Shown in pieces: positions 46,391 through 58,272 of a stretch of DNA of 64,000 nt. The stretch is from Macrostomum lignano. Taxonomy: Eukaryota. Location of the stretch: the NCBI GenBank assembly GCA_002269645.1, contig NIVC01000618.1:1-64000 (forward strand), given 5' to 3'. Position numbers and translations under genes: made by a program. The notes below the pieces were generated by a model. The model did no database searches. It was not told the origin of the DNA and saw only the letters and a program-made list of their open reading frames with translations. The stretch's first letter is position 1. Each line of letters begins with the position of its first letter.

Positions 46391-47041
46391 ATGAAGATCT
46401 ACAACAGCAGGATTTCGCTGCTGCTGATTGCTTCAATTTTTGCTGCTTTTGCTGTGCATCATTGTGAGTGCCAACTAGCAGTCTGTTTGTTTCAACGCGT
46501 TTTTCTGCTTATATTCGGCGCTGTTGCGAGTCTGCATTTAGTATAAAACAAAACTACTCATTTTTATACATTTTTTTTTATTTTTATGTAACTTTATGTC
46601 AGACTTTGCCAGCAGATAAACTATTCTCAATTTCATTGAGCAGGCAGCCCCCTGCCTCAGTTGGACGACTCAGTGGCACAGCTTGACGACTCGGAGTGGG
46701 ATCTGAGCGCAGACAATGACACCACGGTCTCAACCGACCAGACGACTGGCTCAACAGAATCTACAAGCGGCTTCACAACGACCGGCCCATCGGACAACTC
46801 AACATCAGCCGAGCCGCAGAGCACGCCAGACAGCTCCGGCACAACCGCTGCGCCGACGACAAGCGGCACAACGTCGAAGGCCCCGACGACAACGACGACG
46901 ACGACAGCTCCGCCGTCTGGCGGCTTCGACGCCGGCTCGTTTGTTGGCGGCATCGCCCTGGGCGCTGGCCTGGTAGCACTCGGCCTGTTCGTCTTCACGT
47001 TCTACAAACGGCGAACAGGTCGCTCCTATCAACGGATGTAA
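46391..47041 (+). CDS. CD164/porimin-like sialomucin B, join(46391..46463,46644..47041), 156 aa
   Basis: Signal exon MKIYNSRISLLLIASIFAAFAVHH with phase-1 donor T|GTGAGT and acceptor GAGCAG|GC. Ser/Thr-rich ectodomain, FDAGSFVGGIALGAGLVALGLFVFTFY TM and C-terminal YQRM* (YxxPhi). Confidence 0.88.
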
Positions 47042-48504
47042 CAGAGAATTTGACTCTTCCATTTTTGAATTCGCGCCAAATTTAATTGGCTTCGTTTAAA
47101 CAAAAAAATCGTAAAAATCGTTGTTTGCGGGTAAGAGGCTCTAGCTGGAGTATCGGGGGAATTAATTTAATATGAAGATTGAAATAAACTGTAGACAGAG
47201 ACAGATGCTTGATAAAACCCTGTTACTCTGCTGGTTCGCCTAAATTAAAACGAGATTACAACACAAACGAGATTACAAAAAATATATTCCTTGCTCGACA
47301 TCATTTCGCAAAGATAGCTCGTAAAAAATATCCCCAGTCTTCGAGATGAACTATTTTTGAGAAGCATAAAACCTTGAACTTTTCACTAATCCGTGTCATG
47401 CCTTATGCTATCCAGAATGCCGCTCTTGTTACTGTTTTCACCATTTTTTGCCTGTGATTCTATAATTTCCTATATAAATTTCTGATTGCAAATAATCCAG
47501 TAAAAGTACAAATTTTATATATACATATTTACGTACTTCTATTGAATTGCATAGGTATTTGGTTAAATAAAATTTAAACTGCCATGTGCCCTTGGAGCCC
47601 ACATGACTGAAAGCATCGACCGTACCCAATGCGCAGGTCTGTACAACAAGCAAATATAAAATTTGCGCCTATAGAGCTACTGACTCGGGTCTGTTATCTT
47701 ACTCTGTAGGGTTGCTTTATCGGAATTTGAGCACAATCCGAAGCAGTCGCAGTGGCTACACAGTGTGACAATGGGGCTGCTGCCAAGCCAGATCTCAGAC
47801 CAGTTACAGACTTAACTTGTACTCAATGGCCAGACTTCATTTTATTGAAAGCTTAGCTCATTTAATCCTTGGAACGCGATAACGGACAAGTCATAAATGT
47901 CTTATCTGAGCAGCACCGCATGCGACATCGCTGCTTGTGCTCAAGAACTACTGCAGCCTACAAGATATCTTTGTAGCTCCAGCAGATTATAACTGTAACC
48001 AACCGAAAACCGTTAAAGCAATAAATTAAGAACAAAATATATCAATGAGTCACTTTGGAGTGGTTGCAGGTCTAGCAGATTTTTATTATTACCAGAAATT
48101 GACAATTATAAATGGCTGCAAAAGCTCAAGAAAACGTTGTGTAAACATCTGCAACAATACCGAATGGCCAGAAGACGAAAAAAGAACTGAAAAAAACACA
48201 AAAATAAACCATTAACAGTTGTAAACATCCATGAAAATCGGTTTATTATAATTTAACAACAAATAACTGACAGCGAATTGTCAAAACAGAAAAGCAGGAA
48301 ACACAGAAACAATAAATGAAGTGTTTTTTATATAATTTTCTATATTAAAAAATTTCTTCAAAACTCAGCAAAACGTAAACCGGTCTAATAAGTTCAAAAC
48401 AAAAGGAAAACCAAAGCTAGTTAAATTTTTTTTCGCTTTTTCTGAGCAAAACGATCTAACTACTGCTCATCAGTAGCATATATCGACTGGGCGAGAGAGA
48501 AGTC

Positions 48505-50760
48505 TCAGGAGTCGCCAATATTTGACTGCTCGTCGGGCTCAGGCTGCGACGGCAATTCCTGCTGAGGCATCGGCGGGGCCGGATAGGCATAGTAGTACTG
48601 CTGCTGCTGCTGGGCCAGGCTCTCTACAGGCAGGTAGCCGGTCTCGCTAACCGGCATGTAGAGCCGGGGATCGATGGCCGAGCTGTCAACATAGTAGATT
48701 GGCTGCGGCTGGTCCTGCGGCTGGGCGGCCTCGCCGACGGCGCCCCTGAGATGGTACAGGCCCTGGATGCACTGCAGCTCGTTGCTGGACACCAGACGGA
48801 GCGACTCTGACGCGGCGTCGACAAACATCGACGACGCTGACGACTGCTGTTGACCGTCGCTGCCGTCTGTCGCTCCGGCGGAGCTGCCGATGGCGAAGGC
48901 CAAGGCGCCAGACGGGTCGATATCTCCGCTTGGCTGCGCCGGCTGGCAGCGATAATTAGTCACGTGATCGGTGAGGGCGGCCAGACTAGTGAAGCAGTAG
49001 TGACAGTTCTGGCACTGCAGTATGGTGGCTGCGGAGTATCGGCAGGGCGGAGTGTGAAGATAAGAAAAACTAGTATAGTGGACTAGCGGACTCCCCCGCT
49101 GGGTGAAAATCTTGTTTTATTCAACTTGAACCATAAAAATAACAGAATATAGTGTAGCACAGCCACCCGAACCCGTACTAACCATACTGCTCGGTGAACG
49201 CGGAACCAGCGAGCGGAGCTTCCAAATGCGGATAGAAAGTTTGAGCGGCTGCAGGATGCCGGAGAACAGGTTGAGATAGTAATAAAAGTGATTATACTAT
49301 AATAAAAATGCGCCTGACCCTCTGTATCTGTCACCCCCCCTCTGTAGCTGGCACCCCCTCTGTAGCTGTCGCCCCCTCTGTAGCTGGCACCCCCTCTGTA
49401 GCTGTCGCCCCCTCTGTAGCTGTCGCCCCCTCTGTAGCTGGCACCCCCTCTGTATCTGTCGCCCCCTCTGTAGCTGGCGCCCCCTCTGTAGCTGGCGCCC
49501 CGAGAAGCTGGGAAATTACCCGAGAAAATCTCCCGCAGGTAATTCCCCAAGGCCTAGACCCTTGAATCCCCTACTTGACATTTCTTCTGCCCAGCATTTG
49601 AGCTCTTGGAATCCACCCTACCCTGAGCGCTGCTCGAATCTGCCGCGGCGCCCTCAGCCTTGACCTTCGCAGCCTTGGACTGGCGCCGGGCTTTCACAGC
49701 TTTGCGAATGTCCTCCTTGTGCTGCCGCCGCTCGTGAGCTAATTTTGCTTCCACTGATTGACAGTCGAGGCCGCAGAAATTGCACTTAGCCGACTGCGAG
49801 TGCTGCTCGGCGTGATCGAGCGCCACTCGTTTGAGGCCGAACTGCAGGCGGCACAGGCGGCACTCGTAGGCTCGTCTGCAGTGCAATATATAGTGTCAGA
49901 CCAAGGACTCCTAAAGTTTCTCGGAAAATTTTAGGAATTTAGGTTTTACCGGAAACAAATGTTGCACAACTCGATTCATTCGTTTTAAGAATCTTATTTT
50001 TCATGCTTAGCTAATATTAAGTAATAATTTTATAAATTATATTCTTTACAAACAGTAATGAGCCTTCAGTAAAGTAGAATGGAAGGCGTTTAATTATATT
50101 AGGCTAATATAGGCCATATTTATGAAAAGCCTACGCCTAAAAGTCAATATTGTCTTATTTTTCTCAATGTTAAAATCATTGTAGTTAAAAAACAACTTTG
50201 CTTTGAGTAGTCTTTGAGTCAGGTGCGTTAGGCCTCCTTATATTATGCGAGCTTCTCGATAGGCCCCCATTACCAAAGCTCAATAGGCTAAATTCTCTGG
50301 TGCATCTACTGATGTGATTATGCCACTAGCAAATGGGATCTCGCACCTGCGCGGCCAGATATTGAGCGCCCTATCGCCAGTCAAACTCAGAACATCGAGC
50401 TGGTCGTTGAACTTCTCCCTAGCCCGGATTCGAACCGGATCAAGCGGCAGCGGCTCGGCCGATGCCATCCTGGACAGCGGCATTGTGGCCGCTTCCAGGC
50501 TGAGGGTGCAGACGACGCGGAAACCGTTGGATCGCCTGGCCAAGGACCGGCGCAGGAAGGATAGCAGATGGACCCGCTGGTGCTGCAGCATGTGACTCTC
50601 GAATAGGAACGGCTTGTCGCAGGTGGCGCACTGTAGAACGGGCCCGGTGACGCAGTCGGTCGGTCTTTCCTGCGCTGCGAAATCTTGCGGGTTGCATGGG
50701 ACTAACTCGTGATAGGTGCTGCTGTGCTGTTCCATCATTGCCATTAGCAACTTGATTGTT
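48505..50760 (-). CDS. Zinc-finger protein, 5' end unresolved; complement join(48505..49014,49183..49248,49575..49875,50347..50760)
   Basis: Fingers CATCDKPFLFESHMLQHQRVH, CRLCRLQFGLKRVALDHAEQH, CNFCGLDCQSVEAKLAHERRQH and CQNCHYCFTSLAALTDHVTNYRC. Phase-consistent GT-AG junctions. Gln/Tyr/Pro-rich C-terminus. Confidence 0.78.
49318..49500. repeat. About 20-bp minisatellite (CTGTAGCTGGCACCCCCT)n
   Basis: Within zinc-finger gene intron 49574-49249. Confidence 0.88.
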
Positions 50761-53467
50761 CTGAAAGAATAGGTTGCTTAATAAAGTTATAACTACAAGG
50801 CATAATGGTGCATTTTTTAATTTAAAAGGCATTAACTTATACGTGATTAAAATAAATATCCTTATAGATTTCATTGGTTGTTCCATCATCTGGTTCCATC
50901 ATTCTATTATTTGTTTTCAAATAATGAGTCATGAGTTATTATGAGCTAGAGATTAATTAGTTTCTTTTTAATGGTGACTTTTTATTCAAAACAAATAATA
51001 GCAAATAATAGTAACAGCATTTTACTTTTAAATTAAAGTTTATAGATCATTAATTGTGGATTAAGCTAGCCTCTTACTATCAGCATACCTTAGAAAATAT
51101 AACTTCAAAGAAGTTGCAAAGCTTAATAGTTTAAATGCATTTCAAATGCATTAGATAAAATTTATTGAGTTGCAATAGTATGTATTTTATTTGTGTTTGT
51201 ACATTTATCAATAAAGGCAATCGACCAAAATAAAAGTTCAGAATAAGCGTAGAAAAAGTAACAGCATTTAAGAAATTAAAAAATTTTATTTTATTACCCT
51301 GAAATCTAGGAGTGGTAAGGATCATCATAAAAATTAGTTAAAGCATTGATTGTAAAAATCGTTAAAAAAACTATTTATAAACAGTTGATTTTCTGTTTTA
51401 AATAATTTGAGAATACAATGGGTTAAGTTTAAGTACTCAATGTATACTGTTTTTTTTTGCTTTTTCAATATCTATATGTTCTGGTTAATGTCATAGTCAC
51501 CTTTTGATATGAATACTGTTTTACTATTGTTTTATAGCTTATTGCCAATATATAATTTAACACATACGATGCAAGTTATTTGCAAGCATCTGACTATACT
51601 TCACTAATCGCACTCCTTAAGTATTTAAAAAAATACTGTATGCAAAAAAGCACTAGTACTGCATGCTAGCATTGTAAAAAAATGAAATCGGTTGAACAAT
51701 TTTTCTACAGTTCTTTCAATACTTAAGAACCTAAAATTGGAAGTCAACTAATTTTTAATCGATGTACATGTAAAAAATGATCTACGAACTTACCTGAAAC
51801 TTTATTGAATCCAATAACTGCAGCAGCACGTAGCACGGTTTGGCAAACCACGAAAATTTGAAAAAACGTTCTCCTGTACTCGAGGGCAATTTACATTTCA
51901 ACTAAAAGAAACTTTTATCACCTTAATGAGTTTTTAAAGCTACTTTTTAATTTACTCTACAACGAAATCTATATTCGCAAGTTTTTTGTGGAATATTTTG
52001 TTTAACTGTTTTCGCTCTAACGTTTTTATGCAGGTTCGCTTAATTATATTTAATCAGGTTGGATGACACACTTGCAATGTCACAAAATTTATTTATGCAG
52101 CTTTACTCTTCAACTATAAAAATTGAGTTTCAGTTTGATTCCAGTCCGATCAATTAGACAAGTGCAGTTGCCAATATAGAAAACAAGAGAAGCGCAATTG
52201 AAGTGTCGTCTATACGGATCATAATTTCGTAGAGTTAGTTCATCAAAAAAGGGTTTTGATCCCATCCTTAAAATTGTAGGACGAGAATAATCTGTTGATA
52301 AATCTCAATTAATAATAGTTACACTTTCAGCTGTTTTCCAATAGTACATTTCCATGACCAAAGTCCATAAAGCTTGTAGGCAGCTTCCCATGATCTTCGG
52401 TGTTCAAAGATAAGAAATAGACAATTTTGTGGTAAAAAATCCCATATCTCGTTAACTGCATTTTAAAGTGAATACATTTTAATTTGATTCAAAGGTTTAC
52501 ATGTATATGTATGTGCGCATGTTAACTTTGTCTTTGAATGTCTTTGAACAATCAAAAATTTATTTATTCACAGTCGTTTTTAAGCATTCATGCTTGCAAG
52601 ATTTGGAATACCATTCAAAGCAGGCAAATACGCTCCGTGATTTATTGCAGTTTGAGCTTTGACCAAGTCACGTGACCGAAATCGATGAACAAACAACGGA
52701 AGAAGGTGTATAAATTTAATCAGGTAAGACAGATAAAAAGTGAGTATATTTATAGTTATGATTCGGATGTACAGTAGATCAATTTACATGTAGGTTACAT
52801 ACAATTGACATACGACGTGAAATTGCAACAATAGTCAACAGTTCGCTGAGCTTTTATTATAATAGTGCAAGAGAATTGATAAAAAAACTGCTGTTTATTT
52901 GATTTGCCCCTTGGACTAGAAAAGCCGCTCCCCCAATTTTTATTCCTAGAAATGCAAAGTGCACACAAAAAATAAACTAACGAACAGGAACGCCGTTTAG
53001 AAACCAAACTATTCAAATTTGCGGGTAAAAAAGAGGCCAGTTACACACAACCTTATAAAAACAACTTGATCTGTGCGCGTAGAGTAAGTAGTATAGTAAG
53101 TAGTAACAACGAAAAAGGCATGAAAGAAGCAAAGAAGCAGTAGGAGAGTTGCAGCTGGGGACAAGGATAATTGAAACGAAAAGAGACGCGCGCGCGCGAA
53201 CAACCGGTCAAAATCCAGAGCTGCTTGGAGCAGGAAATACTAGCTAATTAGTACTCAGGTACAAAACAGTGGCCCAAAATATAGTCATTGGACTAAACTG
53301 ACTCGATAAAACACATGTAAGAATAAGTATAGAAAAAGTAGAAGCACTCAGGTAAAAAAACTGATACATAAATTTTGTATATAGACTATCTAAAGAATGA
53401 AAGGGGCTGATGATCTGTCTGTCTCAGCTGCGTGCCTTTGTACAGAAAAATTGTTCTTGTAAGCCAG

Positions 53468-56400
53468 TCAGCACTCGAACTCGCGGGTTGTGAGGCCTTT
53501 CAGATCTTGAATGAGGCCGTCCAGAGTCTTTGTCATGTCCATGTCCTCCGTGGACAGGTTGAACTGAAATTGTGGGCGGGAGAAACTTCGCATTAATTAC
53601 AATCTGGATTATCATAGGGATGTCAGCAGGATCCGTAAGGTATCAGATGGATCAGTGTCAGAGGGACATATGATATGCTAGAGGAATCCATGGGGTATCA
53701 GAGGGATCCATGGGGTGTCAGGGGGGTTCATGGGGTGTCAGAGGGATCCATGGGGTGTCAGAGGGATCCATGGGGTGTCAGAGGAATCCATGTATGTCAA
53801 ATGGATTTATGTAGTGTCAGATGGATCCGTGGGGTGTCAGAGGGATCCGTGGGGTGGCAGAATCCATGCAGTGTCAGATGGACGTTAAAGTCGAGCGAAG
53901 GATGTCAGAGCGGAGATCAACGTTATCTTAAACGATGCACAAAGTGTTTGGATGCACCAGCCGCCAGTAGCTGAACGAGCGCACCGGAAAAGTGCAACAG
54001 TGCATCGTAACAAATGGGAGATTAGCTTGGCCTAGCTTGTAAGCCCCAGCTTACATTTCGAGAGTTCTGACTCTCCAGAGTGAGGCTGCCTACAGTGGCT
54101 TGGCTGTTCCTGAGCTGCTGCTGCTGCTGGTGCGGGTGCTGCTGCTGGTGCTGCCTCTGACCGGACGCCGGGCTCAGAATGTCCGGCGCAGGGTACGGCC
54201 TCGAATGCGTCGACGTTGACATCAGGGAGCCGGCAGCGGCTGCGTGTCGCTGCTTTGAAGCCGAGCCGATGGACGAGCTGAGACTCGAATGGGGACTGGA
54301 CAGCTTGCCGGCTGCAGGTGGGAGGGGTTCGGGACATTGTCACTCTTACATGGCCATTGTCACTCTTACATGGGCATTGTCACTCTTACATGTCACTCCC
54401 CCTCTTACTCAGAGAATTGTCACTCCCTCTACTCAGAGCATTGCCACTCCCTCTACTCAGAGAATTGTCACTCCCTCTACTCAGAGCATTGTCACTCCCT
54501 CTACTCAGAGAATTGTCACTCCCTCTACTCAGAGAATTGTCACTCCCTCTACTCAGAGCATTGCCACTCCCTCTACTCAGAGCATTGCCACTCCCTCTAC
54601 TCAGAGCATTGCCACTCCCTCTACTCAGAGCATTGCCACTCCCTCTACTCAGAGCATTGCCACTCTCTCTACTCAGAGCATTGCCACTCCCTCTACTCAG
54701 AGCATTGCCACTCCCTCTACTCAGAGCATTGCCACTCCCTCTACTCAGAGCATTGCCACTCCCTCTACTCAGAGCATTGCCACTCCCTCTACTCAGAGCA
54801 TTGCCACTCCCTCTACTCAGAGCATTGCCACTCCCTCTACTCAGAGCATTGCCACTCCCTCTACTCAGAGCATTGCCACTCCCTCTACTCAGAGCATTGT
54901 CACTCCCTCTACTCAGAGCATTGCCACTCCCTCTACTCAGAGAATTGTCACTCTTATCCAACACTACCCAGACCAATCGAAACGGCGACTCACGCGAGGA
55001 AAAGTCAGGCGCGTCGACCCTAGGCGGCGAAGCAACGGAGTTGAGCCGCTGGCCGCCCTGCTGATGCGAATAGGAGCCGCTGCCGGAGTTGGACAGATTC
55101 CGGAAATGCCCGGCTACTGACGGGTTCGGCACCGGCCCCGACTCCAGCAGCATCTGCGGCGGCGGCGGCAGCTGCATCGACACCATCGGACGAGCGCCAA
55201 CCCCGGCATAGTCGGCGGGCATGGCTCGAAGTTCGAAATCGGCGTGACGGCATAAATCCGGTGTGTGCTGCTGCTGCTGGAGCTGGTGCTGCAGCTGGCG
55301 ATGGTGATGCTGCTGCTGCTGCTGGAGCTGGTGCTGCAGCTGGTGGCTGGCCAGCAGGGCCGCCGTGGAACTTGGCGGCATCGACAGAGGCGACGCCGTG
55401 CTGAGCATGCCGGGTCCCGGCGGCGGCTGCATCGACTGCTGCGACTGAGGAGGCGACTGTGGATGCTGCTGCTGCTGCTCGGGCCCGCCGCCGATCAGGC
55501 TGGCGCTCTCTTTGGCGCCGCGGGCGCGCTGTTGGCTGTCGGCGGAGCGGCGCGGCCGGCGCTGCTGGCACATGCAGACCACGGCTGTGGAGACGGCCAG
55601 GAGCAGCAGGGCCAGGCCGAACACGCCGCCAATCAGCAGCCACCAGCGCCGGCTAGACAGGCCGTCCGACTCGGCCCCGTCCGATGAGTCTTTGTTCGGG
55701 GGGAGTTAGGGGAACAGAGTTTAAAAAGGAAATTTTAACTTAAAAAAGAACTACTCTGAAAAGTTGACAGTTGACTCACCACGCTGCAGCACGGAGTCCG
55801 TGTTGTAAACCACGCCGCCGCCCTGACCAGACGCTGCGGAGTGAGTGATTAGTGCTGAAGTATTAGGGTCACATCAATCCCAACAAGATTTACAAGAATC
55901 CCAACCACATTCACAAGAATCCCAACCAGATTCACAAGAATCCCAACCAGATTCACAAGAATCCTAACAAGATTCACAAGAATCCCAACCAGATTCACAA
56001 GAATCCCGACAAGATTCACAAGAGTCCCAACCAGATTCACAAGAATCCCAACCAGATTCACAAGAATCCCGACAAGATTCACAAGAGTCCCAACCAGATT
56101 CACCAGAATCCCAACTAGATTCACAAGAATCCCAACCAGATTCACAAGAATCCCAACCACATTCACAAGAATCCGAACCAGATTCACAAGAATCCCAACC
56201 ACATTCACCAGAAACTCAATCAGATTCACAAGAATTCCAACCACATTTACAAAAATCCTGACAAGATTCACAAGAATCCCAACCAGATTCAAAAGGATCC
56301 CAACCAGATTCACAAGAATCCCAACCAGATTCAAAAGGATCCCAACCAGATTCACAAGAATCCCAACCAGATTCACAAGAATCCCGACAAGATTCACAAG

Positions 56401-57239
56401 AGTCCCAACCAGATTCACCAGAATCCCAACTAGATTCACAAGAATCCCAACCAGATTCACAAGAATCCCAACCACATTCACAAGAATCCGAACCAGATTC
56501 ACAAGAATCCCAACCACATTCACCAGAAACTCAATCAGATTCACAAGAATCCAACACAATCCACGGCACTCACAGTCCGGCATCATAAACTCGATCGCGT
56601 CGCTATCCGGCCCGAATCCTTCGCTATTTCCGGCTCGAACCCGGAAATAATAGTGCGTAGACGGTCTCAAACCGGTGATGACTACCTGAGTCTCTGCTGT
56701 CGGCATAGCGTGCTCGGACCCGGCCGGTTTGGCACTATTCGAACTAACCGGCCGATAGAGCACCGTGTACTTTGTAATTTTACCATTGGGCTCGAGCGGC
56801 GGCAGCCAGGACAGCATAACGGACATTGGCAGGGTGGACCGGCTGATCTTGAGGTCGCGCGGCGGACTCCCCGGCGCCTCGGGCTCTGTTGAGAAGCTCG
56901 CCCTCAGGCTGAAGCTGGACGGCACGACGGTTTGGTCCGAGGCCAGGGCCAGGCAGCGGACCCGAACCGAATAGGCGGTGCTGGGCCGCAGGCCGACAAG
57001 TCTCGCGCTCAGCTCGCTGGTGTTCAAACGCCAGGATGACGGAGTCTGCGGCTGCGGCTGCTGCTCGGCCGTCTCCAGCGACCACTCAACCTCGTAAATT
57101 CGGCGGCCGCTAGACGGCTGGTCGGCCTGCTGATCCGTCCAGGAGACTGTCGCATTGCGGCTGCCCACCTGCGTGGCCTTCAACGCCATTGGCACCTGCG
57201 GCAGCGGGCGTTCGGCTGAGGGAAAACCGGAGGGAAGCA

Positions 57240-57299
<60 letters not shown>

Positions 57300-57326
57300 G
57301 TCTGTCTGTCTGTCTGTCTGTCTAGC

Positions 57327-57393
<67 letters not shown>

Positions 57394-57410
57394 GTGTCTG
57401 TCTGTCTAGC

Positions 57411-57488
<78 letters not shown>

Positions 57489-57490
57489 GC

Positions 57491-57556
<66 letters not shown>

Positions 57557-57578
57557 GCTGTCTGTCTGTCTGTCTAGC

Positions 57579-57628
<50 letters not shown>

Positions 57629-57630
57629 GC

Positions 57631-57696
<66 letters not shown>

Positions 57697-57698
57697 GC

Positions 57699-57768
<70 letters not shown>

Positions 57769-57770
57769 GC

Positions 57771-57816
<46 letters not shown>

Positions 57817-57818
57817 GC

Positions 57819-57852
<34 letters not shown>

Positions 57853-57854
57853 GC

Positions 57855-57912
<58 letters not shown>

Positions 57913-57914
57913 GC

Positions 57915-57972
<58 letters not shown>

Positions 57973-57974
57973 GC

Positions 57975-58007
<33 letters not shown>

Positions 58008-58054
58008 GTCTGTCTAGCTGTCTGTATGTCTGTCTGTCTGTCTGTCTGTCTAGC

Positions 58055-58100
<46 letters not shown>

Positions 58101-58102
58101 GC

Positions 58103-58136
<34 letters not shown>

Positions 58137-58138
58137 GC

Positions 58139-58172
<34 letters not shown>

Positions 58173-58210
58173 GCTGTCTGTCTGTCTGTCTAGCTGTCTG
58201 TCTGTCTAGC

Positions 58211-58272
<62 letters not shown>

